NCBI GenBank assembly: GCA_964448295.1
Contig: CAYUVV010000004.1
Span: 945 to 64,944, forward strand
DNA: 64,000 nt
Direction of reading: 5' to 3'
DNA from: an uncultured Candidatus Saccharibacteria bacterium
Lineage (GTDB): Bacteria > Patescibacteriota > Minisyncoccia > Phycocordibacterales > JACOZG01
Part shown: piece after piece, positions 11,291 to 21,281 of the stretch
How the letters are laid out: the number at the start of each line of letters is the position of its first letter
Position numbering within the stretch: position 1 is the first letter of the stretch
Notes under the pieces: generated by a model
What the model was told of the DNA's origin: nothing
The model's database searches: none
The model's input: the letters and a program-made list of their open reading frames with translations, nothing else
Position numbers and translations under genes: made by a program

Positions 11291-14200
11291 TTGATCATGA
11301 TTAAAAACGAACCACCGAAATCGCGCACCAGCTTTTCGCCAGATTTCCAATCGATCACTTTGCGTCTCGCGTCGCCAGAGCGGATTAGAGAGTGGTCTTA
11401 TGGCGAAGTAACGAAAGCGGAGACGATCAATTACCGTACCGGACGGAGTGAGCGCGGCGGGCTTTTTGACGAAAGAATTTTTGGCCCGGAAAAAGATTAC
11501 GAGTGTTATTGCGGTAAATATCGCCGAATCCGTTACAAGGATATCGTCTGTGAGCGTTGTGGGGTCGAGGTTACGCGTTCCATTGTGCGCCGAGAGCGGA
11601 TGGGGCATATCGAGCTTGCGAGCCCGGTGGCGCATATTTGGTTTTTGCGCGGAGTGCCTTCGCGGCTGGGATTGTTCCTCAATCTTTCGGTTAACGATCT
11701 CGAGAAGGTGATTTATTTTGCCGGCTACATCGTAACCCGCGTGAATGACGAAGAGCGCGGTCGGATGGAAATCGAGTTGTCGCGAGAATATAAGACGAAA
11801 GTCAAAAATTTGCGCGACGAGCGAGCGCAGGCCAAACTGAAAGAAACTTATTTAGCCGCTCGGCGGGTGCTCCAGAGTCTCGCTGTTGGCCAAGTGCTCG
11901 ATGAGATGAGCTATCATCGTCTATCTCTAAAATACGGTCCGGTTTTTGAAACCGGAATCGGGGCGGAGGCGGTTTATCGCTTGTGTGCCGAAACCGATCT
12001 GGAAAAGTTAGAAGCGGAAATTACCACGGCTTTGACGAAAGCAGCCGCCGGCGAACGGACGAAAATGCAAAAACGTCTTAATTTGGTTAAATCTTTACGC
12101 CGCGCAGGATTGCGACCGGAGTGGATGTTTTTATCGGCTTTGCCGGTAATTCCGCCCGATTTGCGGCCGATGGTGGCGCTCGAGGGTGGCCGCCATGCCA
12201 CAAGCGATGTGAACGATCTTTATCGCCGGGTGATCAATCGCAACAACCGCCTGCGAAAGTTAATCGAATTAAATGCCCCCGATGTCATCCTCAGGAACGA
12301 GAAACGAATTTTGCAGGAAGCCGTCGACGCGTTGATTGATAATTCTATGCGCCGCGGTAGCAATACCGGCCCGGCCGCTAATCGACGCGAGCTCAAGTCT
12401 CTGTCTGATAGTTTGAAAGGCAAACAAGGACGTTTCCGGCAAAACCTGCTTGGCAAGCGGGTGGATTATTCGGGCCGCAGTGTGATCGTCGTTGGCCCGG
12501 ATCTCAAGTTGTCAGAATGTGGTTTGCCGAAGATGATGGCGCTAGAACTTTTCCGACCATTTATTATCGCGCGATTGTTGGCTGACGAACTGGCTTTCAA
12601 CGTGCGCGGAGCCGGGCGTTTGATTGACGATCAGGTGCCGGAGGTTTGGGAAATTTTGGAAGAAGTGACGCGCGATAAATATGTGCTGTTAAATCGTGCA
12701 CCGACTCTGCATCGTTTGGGCATTCAGGCTTTTCGCCCGGTGTTGATCGAGGGTAGCGCGATTCAGGTTCATCCACTGGTTTGCTCGGCGTTTAATGCCG
12801 ACTTTGACGGCGATCAGATGGCGGTGCATGTGCCGTTGTCGGCCGCGGCCCAGCGCGAGGCGCGCGAACTGATTGCCGCCGATCACAATATTTTGAAGCC
12901 GGGTGATGGCAATCCGGTGGTTTCGCTTAAAATGGATATCGTGCTCGGTTGCCACTGGGTGACCACCTTGCGTGATGACGCTCTTGGTGCCGGTGAGGTT
13001 TTTGCCTCCATCGACGACGCTCTGCTCGCCCATGATTTTGGCGCAGTGGATGTGCGGGCGCCGTTGCGAGTACGCGTGGATCGGAATAATCCCAAATATG
13101 CCAATTTATCAGCCGATTTGGCGACGGTTTCCGTTGGCCGCCTGCTTTTCAATCAAAGTCTGCCATCAGATTATCCTTTTATCGATCAGGCGGTGGCAAT
13201 CAAAGATCTCAACGGCATACTCAACGATTTGATTGCTCGTCACGGCGCGACGGAAATCAGTTTTCTGCTTGATCGAATCAAAGACTTCGGTTTTTACTGG
13301 GCAACGCGATCGGGTATTACTTGGGGGGTGGATGATGTCATTGTCCCGACACAAAAGACGGATATTATTGAAGCCGCCAAACGTCAAATTGCCGACCTAG
13401 ACGAGAAATATGACGACGGCTTTCTGTCACGAGAAGAGCGTTATCGTTTGCGTCTCAAGGTGTGGTCGGCGGCCAAAAACGAGATCGAGCGAGTTTTGCC
13501 CGAGACCCTAGATCCTCACGGTTCGGTGACTTATATGTTGAAGTCGGGCGCTCGCGGCTCGCTTGGCCAGATAACGCAGATGGCCGGGATGAAAGGATTG
13601 ATCGTCAACCCAGCGGGGCGGCCGATTGATTTTGCCATCGTGCCGTCTTACAAAGAGGGCTTGTCGCCGCTCGAGTATTTTACTACCACTCACGGTTCGC
13701 GGAAAACTCTAACCGATACGGCGTTGAATACCGCCAAGGCGGGTTATTTAACCCAACGCTTGGTGAGCGTGGCGCAGGAGGTCGTTATTTCGGCCGACGA
13801 TTGCGGAGAAAAGAAGGGGCGCGAATTGACTCGGCGTCACTTGCTTGACTTTGATCGGAATTTTGCCAACTTGCTTCGCGGTCGAGTCTTGGCGCGCGAG
13901 GTTAAAAATGCCGCTGGTCAAAGTTTGTTCCGTCGCGGGCATCTTTTGACTCGCGAGGAGGCGCAGATGATCGAAGAAGCGGGGGTAGAAGCCGTAGCAG
14001 TGCGCTCACCCCTCTCTTGTCTTCAGTCGCGCGGCGTCTGTCGTCAATGTTATGGGAGCGATCACGGCCGCGGCGGCTTAGTGGCGCTGGGTGAAGCGGT
14101 GGGTATCGTGGCGGCGCAAGCGATTGGTGAGCCGGGGACCCAATTGACAATGCGAACAAAACATACCGGCGGCGTGGACGTTGGCGGTGATATCGTGGGT

Positions 14201-14962
14201 GGCTTGCCGCGGGTCGAAGAACTGTTTGACCGTCGTCAACCGCGGAACCAAGCAACGTTGGCCGAGGTGGCCGGCGTTGTGGGCCAGATTAGCACTGATG
14301 GCAAGACCCAGACGGTAACGATACTCAGCGAGACCACGGCCGCGGATGGCACGAGAGAGTTTAAATATACGATCCATCAACCGCGGGTGCTGACGGTTAA
14401 GACGGGCGAGAAGGTGGCAAAAGGTCAGATGCTTACCGATGGCCCGGTTAACTTGCCCGATCTTTTCCGTTTAGCGGGAAGAGAGGCCACGGAGAATTAC
14501 ATTATCAACGAGGTCAGTAGGATTTATGCCTTGGTCGGTACCGCGATTTCCCGCCGCCATTTGGAACTAATCGTCCGGCAAATGTTTTCACGGCGGCGGA
14601 TCAAAGATGCCGGCGATGCCCGTTTTGAAGTAGGCGAGCTTGTGGAAATGATTGACTTAGAGGAGGAGAATGAAGAGGTTGTCGCTCGCGGTGGCCGGCC
14701 GGCGTCGGGCGAAGTGGCGCTTTTGGGGATCTCCGAAGTGTCGCTTAATTCTGGCAGTTTTCTTGCCGCAGTTTCTTTCCAGCAAGCAACAAAGGTGCTT
14801 ATCCGGACGGCCGTCCGTGGTGATGTTGATCGTCTGCGCGGACTTAAGGAGAACGTTATTATTGGTCGTCTTATTCCCGCTGGTACTGGTTTGCGGGCGG
14901 ACTACGCCGCTTTGGCGCGTCCCGCTGAACCCGAAATTCCGGAAAACCACCCGTCGTCATAA
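11291..14962 (+). CDS. rpoC: DNA-directed RNA polymerase subunit beta'
   Basis: The product is 1223 aa. It carries the zinc-binding CYCGKYRRIRYKDIVCERCGVEV and the catalytic NADFDGDQMAVHVPLS. Confidence 0.95.
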   Translation: MIMIKNEPPKSRTSFSPDFQSITLRLASPERIREWSYGEVTKAETINYRTGRSERGGLFDERIFGPEKDYECYCGKYRRIRYKDIVCERCGVEVTRSIVRRERMGHIELASPVAHIWFLRGVPSRLGLFLNLSVNDLEKVIYFAGYIVTRVNDEERGRMEIELSREYKTKVKNLRDERAQAKLKETYLAARRVLQSLAVGQVLDEMSYHRLSLKYGPVFETGIGAEAVYRLCAETDLEKLEAEITTALTKAAAGERTKMQKRLNLVKSLRRAGLRPEWMFLSALPVIPPDLRPMVALEGGRHATSDVNDLYRRVINRNNRLRKLIELNAPDVILRNEKRILQEAVDALIDNSMRRGSNTGPAANRRELKSLSDSLKGKQGRFRQNLLGKRVDYSGRSVIVVGPDLKLSECGLPKMMALELFRPFIIARLLADELAFNVRGAGRLIDDQVPEVWEILEEVTRDKYVLLNRAPTLHRLGIQAFRPVLIEGSAIQVHPLVCSAFNADFDGDQMAVHVPLSAAAQREARELIAADHNILKPGDGNPVVSLKMDIVLGCHWVTTLRDDALGAGEVFASIDDALLAHDFGAVDVRAPLRVRVDRNNPKYANLSADLATVSVGRLLFNQSLPSDYPFIDQAVAIKDLNGILNDLIARHGATEISFLLDRIKDFGFYWATRSGITWGVDDVIVPTQKTDIIEAAKRQIADLDEKYDDGFLSREERYRLRLKVWSAAKNEIERVLPETLDPHGSVTYMLKSGARGSLGQITQMAGMKGLIVNPAGRPIDFAIVPSYKEGLSPLEYFTTTHGSRKTLTDTALNTAKAGYLTQRLVSVAQEVVISADDCGEKKGRELTRRHLLDFDRNFANLLRGRVLAREVKNAAGQSLFRRGHLLTREEAQMIEEAGVEAVAVRSPLSCLQSRGVCRQCYGSDHGRGGLVALGEAVGIVAAQAIGEPGTQLTMRTKHTGGVDVGGDIVGGLPRVEELFDRRQPRNQATLAEVAGVVGQISTDGKTQTVTILSETTAADGTREFKYTIHQPRVLTVKTGEKVAKGQMLTDGPVNLPDLFRLAGREATENYIINEVSRIYALVGTAISRRHLELIVRQMFSRRRIKDAGDARFEVGELVEMIDLEEENEEVVARGGRPASGEVALLGISEVSLNSGSFLAAVSFQQATKVLIRTAVRGDVDRLRGLKENVIIGRLIPAGTGLRADYAALARPAEPEIPENHPSS

Positions 14963-14967
14963 AGACG

Positions 14968-16713
14968 ATGTCGGGGACCGTCGAGCAGATTAAAAGCCGA
15001 CTCGGAATTGCCGAGGTTGTGGGATCGTATCTCAAACTGGAGCGCGCTGGTCGCCACTTGAAAGCGCGTTGCCCTTTCCATAACGAAAAAACCCCCTCTT
15101 TTTTCGTGTCGCCAGAGCGGGAGACCTATCACTGTTTTGGTTGTAACCGTGGCGGCGACATCTTTAGTTTTGTGGAAGAGATTGAGGGGCTAGATTTTCT
15201 GGGTGCGTTGAAAATTCTTGCCGGACGAGCCGGCGTAACCCTCCGGGCTGAAGCTCGATCTTCTTCGGCAGAAGAGCGTTTACGGGAGGTGATTGAAGCC
15301 GCGACTGAATTTTTTACTGCTAACTTACGTTCAGCCGTGGGCGCTCCAGCTCGCCGTTATCTCTTGGAGCGTGGTGTGTCGGCGGCGGCGGTTGAGCGTT
15401 GGCGTCTTGGTTTTGCCCCCGCCGATTGGCGCGCTTTATTTGACCACCTGGTCGGTTGCGGTTTGGCGCCGACGCTTTTGGTTAATTCTGGTTTGGTAGT
15501 GGCTAAGACTGGAGGAGGTTATTTTGATCGCTTTCGTGGTCGGATAATGTTTCCCTTGTTTGATTCCGCTGGTCGGCCGGTAGCTTTTTCCGGGCGCTAT
15601 CTTGTGCCGACCACCGGTGAGAAGGCTCCGGGCGCGAAGTATTTGAATTCTCCGGAAACCCCGATTTATCATAAATCACGCCTGCTTTACGGTTATGATC
15701 GCGCCAAGGTGGGAATTCGGGAGCGAGGCTTTGCTTTGCTCGTCGAGGGGCAGTTTGATCTTGTCTTGGCCCATGAGGCTGGGTGGACCAATACAGTCGC
15801 CGTCTCGGGCACGGCTTTAAGCGCTGATCACTTGCGTCTGATCCGCCGGCTGACGGATCAACTGACCATGATTTACGATCCGGATGAGGCCGGGGTACGC
15901 GCGGCGCGGCGCTCGCTCGGTCTCGCCTTGGCCGAGGGGTTTACGGTACGACTTTCCCTGTTGCCCGCCGGTTCCGATCCGGCCGCCCTGATCCAGCGCG
16001 CGCCGGCGGCGTTTGCGCAAGCGGTTGAAACCGCTAGCCCAATGCTCGATTTTTTGTTTGAGGTTTTGCGTCGCGAAGCGGGGGATGCTCCGACCAGGGC
16101 TCGACGAGCCCGGGAGGAGATTTATCCTTTGCTGGCCGCCTTGCCGCATCGCGCCGACGAGGATTTTTTTCTCCAGCGTTTGGCCGAAGAATTGAATTTA
16201 ACGCCCGAGGCGGTGCGTAATGATTTTCAAACTTGGCGGGCCCGGGTAGCGCCGGTGAAAAATTCCCCAACCTCTGCCGTTCTACCGGTCACCAAGTCAG
16301 TGCGAGACTCGCGTCTTACCCTGATTGAAGAACGCTTGTTTGGTATTTGGTTTTGGCAACAGGCGCTCTCGCAACCAGAGCTTGATTTGGATTCCGCCAA
16401 GCACGATTTCGTGACGGTGTTTGAAGAAGCCCACTGGCAGAGACGGCTGGCTCACTGGCGTGAGCGTTCGGAGCAGCTGGCTTTGGCCGCGGAACTGGCG
16501 TTTGCCGGCGTGGCGGATCTCGCGCTCGAATGGCGCGACTTGTTGCGCCACTGGCAGATGGAAAACAAGCGGGACGATCTGCGTCAAGCCCTGCTCGCGT
16601 TAAAAAAAGCCGAAACTGTTCAAGACGAATCCGCCATCGACAATTATTTAAAAAAATGCCAAGATATCACACGCCAATTAAGCCAACTTGAAAACAATGG
16701 CCAAAAAAACTAA
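14968..16713 (+). CDS. dnaG: DNA primase
   Basis: The N-terminal CHC2 zinc finger [30 protein letters not shown] is present, followed by a TOPRIM region (LVEGQFDLV...IYDPDEAG). Only 5 nt separate it from the rpoC stop. Confidence 0.9.
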   Translation: MSGTVEQIKSRLGIAEVVGSYLKLERAGRHLKARCPFHNEKTPSFFVSPERETYHCFGCNRGGDIFSFVEEIEGLDFLGALKILAGRAGVTLRAEARSSSAEERLREVIEAATEFFTANLRSAVGAPARRYLLERGVSAAAVERWRLGFAPADWRALFDHLVGCGLAPTLLVNSGLVVAKTGGGYFDRFRGRIMFPLFDSAGRPVAFSGRYLVPTTGEKAPGAKYLNSPETPIYHKSRLLYGYDRAKVGIRERGFALLVEGQFDLVLAHEAGWTNTVAVSGTALSADHLRLIRRLTDQLTMIYDPDEAGVRAARRSLGLALAEGFTVRLSLLPAGSDPAALIQRAPAAFAQAVETASPMLDFLFEVLRREAGDAPTRARRAREEIYPLLAALPHRADEDFFLQRLAEELNLTPEAVRNDFQTWRARVAPVKNSPTSAVLPVTKSVRDSRLTLIEERLFGIWFWQQALSQPELDLDSAKHDFVTVFEEAHWQRRLAHWRERSEQLALAAELAFAGVADLALEWRDLLRHWQMENKRDDLRQALLALKKAETVQDESAIDNYLKKCQDITRQLSQLENNGQKN

Positions 16714-17854
16714 ACCTAAACCGCAAGCAAAAACCAAACCCAAAGCTCGACTTAAAGAAAAAGCGTTGGCGAAAAAAAAGAGAGAGGATAAAATCAATTA
16801 CCTTATTACCAAAGGCCGGCAACGCGGCTTTATCACCTATACCGAAATTTTGAAGGAATTCCCCCAGATTGAGAATGATTTGAATCATTTGACTCTGTTG
16901 TATGATCAGCTAGAAGCCGCGCGGATTGACGTGCTGGAGGAAGGAGGGTTGTTGGAAGACGTTAATTTGGAAGAGGTGGGTGGCACGGCTTTGGAGGGCG
17001 GCAAGTTATCGAGCCGCTACGGGAGCAATCTCGACTCGGTGCAAATTTATCTTCGGGAGATTGGACGGCATCGTCTGATCACCGCCGCGGAAGAGAACGA
17101 ACTGGCGCGGCGGATTGTGGCCGGCGACGAAGAAGCTAAAAAGGCGTTAGCTAACGCCAACCTGCGGTTGGTGGTGTCGATCGCTAAGCGTTACATCGGC
17201 CGGAGCGCCAATATGACTCTGCTTGATCTTATCCAAGAGGGGAATCTGGGCTTGTTTAAAGCGGTGGAAAAGTTTGACTGGACGCGAGGATACAAATTTT
17301 CCACCTATGCCACTTGGTGGATTCGACAGGCCGTTACTCGCGCGCTCGCGGATCAGTCGCGGACGATCCGGATCCCGGTTCATATGGTGGAAACAATTTC
17401 TAAATATAAGCAGGTCGTGCGGCGATTAACACAAGATCTGGGACGCGAGCCATTGCCGTCTGAGATTGCGACCGAGATGGGGGTGGAGGTGGACAAAATC
17501 CACACGATTGAAAAAATTGATCAAACCACGACCTCGCTCGATAAGCCGACGAACAACGACGAAGATAAATCCACATTGGCGGAGTTGGTACCCGACCACA
17601 AGATCGCTTCCCCGGGCGAGGATTCCTCGCGTCGAATCTTGCGCGATCAAATTCAAGAGATTCTTTCCGACCTCACCCCCAAAGAGAGAAGTATTTTAGA
17701 AATGCGCCACGGTTTAACTGATGGCGTTATGCGCACCTTAGAAGAGGTGGGGCGAGAGTTCGGGGTTACGCGAGAGCGCATCCGACAGATTGAGGCCAAA
17801 GCCCACGAGAAAATTCGTAATCATCCGAAAGTGCAGAAACTGCTCGGTTACTAG
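16688..17854 (+). CDS. rpoD: RNA polymerase sigma factor, sigma70 family (primary sigma)
   Basis: Region 2 reads [58 protein letters not shown]. Region 4 reads [23 protein letters not shown]. It overlaps the end of dnaG by 26 nt, and the start may be the Met at 16697. Confidence 0.9.
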   Translation: MKTMAKKTKPKPQAKTKPKARLKEKALAKKKREDKINYLITKGRQRGFITYTEILKEFPQIENDLNHLTLLYDQLEAARIDVLEEGGLLEDVNLEEVGGTALEGGKLSSRYGSNLDSVQIYLREIGRHRLITAAEENELARRIVAGDEEAKKALANANLRLVVSIAKRYIGRSANMTLLDLIQEGNLGLFKAVEKFDWTRGYKFSTYATWWIRQAVTRALADQSRTIRIPVHMVETISKYKQVVRRLTQDLGREPLPSEIATEMGVEVDKIHTIEKIDQTTTSLDKPTNNDEDKSTLAELVPDHKIASPGEDSSRRILRDQIQEILSDLTPKERSILEMRHGLTDGVMRTLEEVGREFGVTRERIRQIEAKAHEKIRNHPKVQKLLGY

Positions 17855-18612
17855 TTGCCCGCGCGCAATTTGGCAATTTCCGCTTGGAAAAGAGTGGTGA
17901 GTTCAGCACCGACGGCTTTCGCCAAATCGCTCCCTTCAGCTGGGATTCCGGTTTTGAAGAGCGGGTAGTACTTGTCGCCATCGGCAAGGATTACGAACGG
18001 TGTGCCGTCAGCGCCGATAGTTAAAGCATTTTTTAGGTGCGACTCGACTACCGCCGCTGGGGCCTCGCTTTCGCGGCAAGCCTCGAAAGCGGCTAAATCA
18101 AGTTTCAGTTCCCCAGCAATTTTCGCCAATTCGCCTAAGTCCAAGCCGTTGTTTGAGGGAGTGATCGTAAAGACCCGATCAATGTAAGCAAAGAAAGCTT
18201 CATCTCCACCCTGAACGCGTGCGCATTCCGCAGCGATGGCTTCGGCCCGGGCTTTGGAGTGGAGCGAATCGAGCGGGAAGTGGCGGAAGATCCAAGCGAG
18301 TTCCCCGCCGGCTTTATACTTTTCCATTACTTGCGCCGCCGCGCGGTGGAAGGCCTTGCAGAACGGGCATTCAAGGTCAGAATATTCAATGATTTTAATA
18401 GGTGCATTCATCGAACCGATAAGGCGGTCATCAGCGCTGAGCGTCTCTACGTCTTTCGCGACGAGGCCCATCATGGCGGTTTGGCTGTCTGTCGATACGG
18501 AACTCGGGCTGCGGAAAAAAATTGCGCCGGCAATGACTAATCCGGCAAGAACAATAGCGGCCGGAACACCCAAAGACATTTTATTATTATCCATATGTTG
18601 GCAGTCTAGCAC
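17851..18612 (-). CDS. DsbA-like thiol-disulfide oxidoreductase (thioredoxin fold, CPFC active site), membrane-anchored
   Basis: The N-terminal TM helix is followed by [16 protein letters not shown]. Confidence 0.7.
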   Translation of the reverse strand: MLDCQHMDNNKMSLGVPAAIVLAGLVIAGAIFFRSPSSVSTDSQTAMMGLVAKDVETLSADDRLIGSMNAPIKIIEYSDLECPFCKAFHRAAAQVMEKYKAGGELAWIFRHFPLDSLHSKARAEAIAAECARVQGGDEAFFAYIDRVFTITPSNNGLDLGELAKIAGELKLDLAAFEACRESEAPAAVVESHLKNALTIGADGTPFVILADGDKYYPLFKTGIPAEGSDLAKAVGAELTTLFQAEIAKLRAGN

Positions 18613-18627
18613 GGAGAAAAGAGGCGG

Positions 18628-19206
18628 TCAACTGCGGATTACCCTCGGTTTTTCGCCAGTTAGATCAATTAAGGTCGAGGGGCGCCGCAGCGACTTGGCG
18701 CCGCGGCGCGGGGCGTAGAAAGCTAACTGGTTGCCGAAATAAGCGCGCGCCTCGAGCAGTGTGGCGGCTGGGCGTTGACCTTCCGGATTAGCGCTGGGAG
18801 CGATAAGCGGGCCGCTGGCGACCAGTAATCGGCGAAAGTAATTATCTGCCGGTAGGCGCAAGGCGAGTGTTTTTCCGCCGCGATGGAGATGCGGCCAGCG
18901 CTTTCGCCCTCGAGCGGTGAGCGGCAGGATAAGGGAAAACGGCCCGGGCCAGTAGTGGTGTAGTGAGCGTCGGCGAGCCGGCGTTAAGTCGAGATCAAAT
19001 TGGTGCAGATCGCACCATCGGCCGATGAGAATAATTGACGGTTTGCGCGTCGGGCGACCCCGCAGGCGATATAAGCGTTCAACGGCTGAGCGGTCGAGGG
19101 CCGATGCTACCAACCCGAGAATAGTGTCGGTCGCTAAAACTCCAACTGCCCCATGACGGATGAGCGTGGCCGCAATCGGGCGGCTAACGAGCGGCGTGCT
19201 GGCCAT
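18628..19206 (-). CDS. tsaC: L-threonylcarbamoyladenylate synthase (YrdC/TsaC domain)
   Basis: YrdC-type motifs are present: GAVGVLATDTILGLVASALDRSAVERLYRLRGRPTRKPSIILI. Confidence 0.75.
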   Translation of the reverse strand: MASTPLVSRPIAATLIRHGAVGVLATDTILGLVASALDRSAVERLYRLRGRPTRKPSIILIGRWCDLHQFDLDLTPARRRSLHHYWPGPFSLILPLTARGRKRWPHLHRGGKTLALRLPADNYFRRLLVASGPLIAPSANPEGQRPAATLLEARAYFGNQLAFYAPRRGAKSLRRPSTLIDLTGEKPRVIRS

Positions 19207-19208
19207 CT

Positions 19209-19427
19209 TTAATGGAGACTGAAAGTTTTAGCCGGTGAGCGGTGGCCGGAGACGAGTCTCACTTGATGGGGCGCGAGGTTTAAGTGTGTGGTGAGCAATT
19301 TGTGCACGGCCTGATTGGCCAGTCCGCCCTTGGGCGGCGCTTTAACCGAAACCTCGTAATGGCCGGCGGCCGTTTTCACCACACTGTCTCGTCTCGCGCC
19401 CGGAGTTACTTTAACCTTGATATACAT
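19209..19427 (-). CDS. DUF167 (YggU/UPF0235) family protein
   Basis: The 72-aa product starts IKVKVTPGARRDSV...YEVSVKAPPKGGLANQA, typical of DUF167. Confidence 0.6.
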   Translation of the reverse strand: MYIKVKVTPGARRDSVVKTAAGHYEVSVKAPPKGGLANQAVHKLLTTHLNLAPHQVRLVSGHRSPAKTFSLH

Positions 19428-19466
19428 ACAAATACGATGATAACATAGCCAGTGAAGAAAGTTTAT

Positions 19467-19541
19467 TCCCCGGTGGCGCAGTGGTAGCGCAGTCGCCTGT
19501 TAAGCGATTGGTCGTAGGTTCGAATCCTACCCGGGGAGCCA
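19467..19541 (+). tRNA. tRNA-Asn (anticodon GTT), CCA encoded
   Basis: I folded it manually. The acceptor pairs TCCCCGG with CCGGGGA. The D arm is GCGC/AGTGGTA/GCGC. The anticodon stem-loop is GTCGC-CTGTTAA-GCGAT, and the T arm is GTAGG-TTCGAAT-CCTAC. The discriminator is G, followed by CCA. Confidence 0.85.
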
Positions 19542-19922
19542 ATGATGGAAATAAATTGGCCGTTGTTTATAGATGTGATACTAAAAATTGGATCACTCGG
19601 AGGTTTGGCAAGTATTATTTGGAATATTTTTCTATATAAACAAAGCAAAAAATACAATAAGTGGGAAGCAGAAATGTTACTGAAACAACAACAGATTGAG
19701 TGGGAAAAAATGCAGAGACAGCACAGATCGGAATACGAGGATATAGAAGTATTACATGGTAAATTCAGCGGAGAGATGAGAAACTTAAATAATAAACACG
19801 CATGGGAAGAGCGAGCTTTTTTCAACAAAAGTGAGTACTTATCGAATCTTGCTGGTCATAAACCCACTATCTTTTTGAAAACCTCTTTTCTAAAAAGTAT
19901 ATGGCGAAGGATTTTTAGATGA
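19542..19922 (+). CDS. Hypothetical protein (N-terminal TM helix, charged coiled-coil tail) in a strongly AT-rich segment
   Basis: The ORF is 126 aa and starts immediately after the tRNA-Asn. Local GC is far below the window average, and the ORF may not be expressed. Confidence 0.3.
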   Translation: MMEINWPLFIDVILKIGSLGGLASIIWNIFLYKQSKKYNKWEAEMLLKQQQIEWEKMQRQHRSEYEDIEVLHGKFSGEMRNLNNKHAWEERAFFNKSEYLSNLAGHKPTIFLKTSFLKSIWRRIFR

Positions 19923-20195
19923 ATCTGCTATACTTTAATCGGAGTAGTGAGAGTTGGTGTTTGTTGGCTTTGCCAGCAACGGGGGTCGTGAATTAAGTCC
20001 GTCATCCGCCATTGTGCGGTGGATTGTCCGCAAGGACGAAGGTAGCGGTGAAAAGCGACCACTGGTTTACGGACACATCAAGAGTCCAGCCGAGCATACC
20101 CTGTCTGCGCAACAGGATTGGAGCATAATTGAGGGCTGGAAAGCGAAATCTCTCGCTTGCTACTCCCACAAAGAACTTCCTACGCGGGGAGTTTT

Positions 20196-20248
20196 TTGTC
20201 CTCAAAAAACGAAACCCCCGCCGCGTAGTGTTTAACCACGCGCGGGGG
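20196..20248 (-). terminator. Rho-independent terminator for the minus-strand membrane-protein gene
   Basis: The GC-rich hairpin pairs CCCCCGCCGCG with CGCGCGGGGG (20215-20248). On the minus strand it is followed by UUUCGUUUUUUG. Confidence 0.6.
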
Positions 20249-20254
20249 CTATAT

Positions 20255-20860
20255 TCATACCCATTCTGCTATCGGCGTTCGCTGTTTGAGGCGATGCGAT
20301 ACAAGAATGGCGGCGACCGAGGAACTGCCGAGCATCATATAGATGGGCAAGATGTAATTGGCGAAGGTGTGCTCTTCAATCGCGAGGATACCCAATCCAT
20401 ATCCAATTCCGAACAACGTCCACGCAAACGGCCGGTCGCCATCTGGTGTGCTCCAGACGAACGCGATGGTGGGAATGGCGGCGCAGAGGTCGGCGGCAAT
20501 CGCAATGTAGAGGGCATATTGGGCGAGATATTTTGAGTCTCGCACAAACCACCACAAAACGATGGCAAGGATACCAACCACGAGACACGCGACTTCCAGC
20601 CCGTTTGGTTTCTTTTTCTCTCCTCTCCAGAAAGCCAGAATGGTAATCAGGAGTGGATTAGTAAAACCAAATACGGCTGGCCAAACATTAGTCGTTGCCC
20701 CAGAACTGCGATAGGTCAACAGGAGAGCTAGGCCAAGAACAGCCCAGATACTCCAGCTAACCAGATTGGGGTGGATTTTGTTCTGATAGGTGCGTATGGC
20801 ATACGGCACTACGCTTGCCGTTACCAGCAAGCCGGAAATCAGGCCAATTTCCTCTTTCAC
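20255..20860 (-). CDS. Hypothetical polytopic membrane protein
   Basis: The 201-aa product has about six predicted TM segments. I recognise no family for it. Confidence 0.5.
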   Translation of the reverse strand: MKEEIGLISGLLVTASVVPYAIRTYQNKIHPNLVSWSIWAVLGLALLLTYRSSGATTNVWPAVFGFTNPLLITILAFWRGEKKKPNGLEVACLVVGILAIVLWWFVRDSKYLAQYALYIAIAADLCAAIPTIAFVWSTPDGDRPFAWTLFGIGYGLGILAIEEHTFANYILPIYMMLGSSSVAAILVSHRLKQRTPIAEWV

Positions 20861-21027
20861 GAGTATTCTCCTTCCGTAAAATGTGTTCGTTTATCCTCTC
20901 AAAGACCAACACTAATATGGTATCACACGGTTAGAAAAAGTCAAGCTGACGCGTGTTCCCTCAAATCCGGTATGTAAATATACCCATTCTGCCGTGCTAT
21001 AATCGTTCTAACATCGTTCACGATGCG

Positions 21028-21081
21028 GAGCCAGTAAATTAGACCACCCCCGCCATTGTCAAGGTCTCGCCTTGCTTTTGC
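21028..21081 (+). repeat. 54-bp direct repeat, copy 1 (gagccagtaaattagaccacccccgccattgtcaaggtctcgccttgcttttgc)
   Basis: It is identical at 53 of 54 positions to 23420-23473. Its reverse strand contains TTGACA-N15-TAATTT. Confidence 0.8.
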
Positions 21082-21281
21082 GGACAACCAGCAAAAACTT
21101 TACGAACGCCCCGAGTGCCATCTGAAGTACAAAGATGAGCAATGGGCGAAAAAATGCGAAGCGTGGTGCAAAGAGCATCATAGCTGTAATTTGGAAATCG
21201 CCGCGCATGCTGAAAAACCCGAAAAAGCGTCGAAAACATCTTGATCGGCAAAAAACTTTTTTATAAAATAAACTTGAAAAT

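Noticed and set aside
8280-14380. Numerous antisense and alternate-frame ORFs of 60-176 aa inside rpoB and rpoC, for example 8280-8687, 11105-11635 and 13902-14255
   Set aside because: They overlap well-supported large conserved genes on the opposite strand or frame. The ORF lengths are typical of GC-rich antisense artefacts.
19931-20195. Assignment of the structured intergenic region to RNase P RNA, SRP (4.5S) RNA or tmRNA
   Set aside because: The conserved cores (RNase P CR-I GGAAAGUCCGGGCUCC and CR-IV ACAGAA-CCGGCUUA; SRP helix 8 GGAAGCAGCC; tmRNA tRNA-like 3' end) are not present. The genuine tmRNA is at 47337-47731.
19542-21000. A partial direct repeat of the tRNA-Asn 3' end that would delimit an integrated island
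   Set aside because: No copy of GGTTCGAATCCTACCCGGGGAGCCA or a substantial part of it was found by eye in the following 1.5 kb.
21028-21081. Interpretation of the 54-bp repeat as a CIRCE (HrcA) or HAIR (HspR) heat-shock operator
   Set aside because: Neither the TTAGCACTC-N9-GAGTGCTAA nor the CTTGAGT-N7-ACTCAAG inverted repeat is present. Only a weak AGACC…GGTCT dyad exists in copy 1, and it is broken in copy 2.
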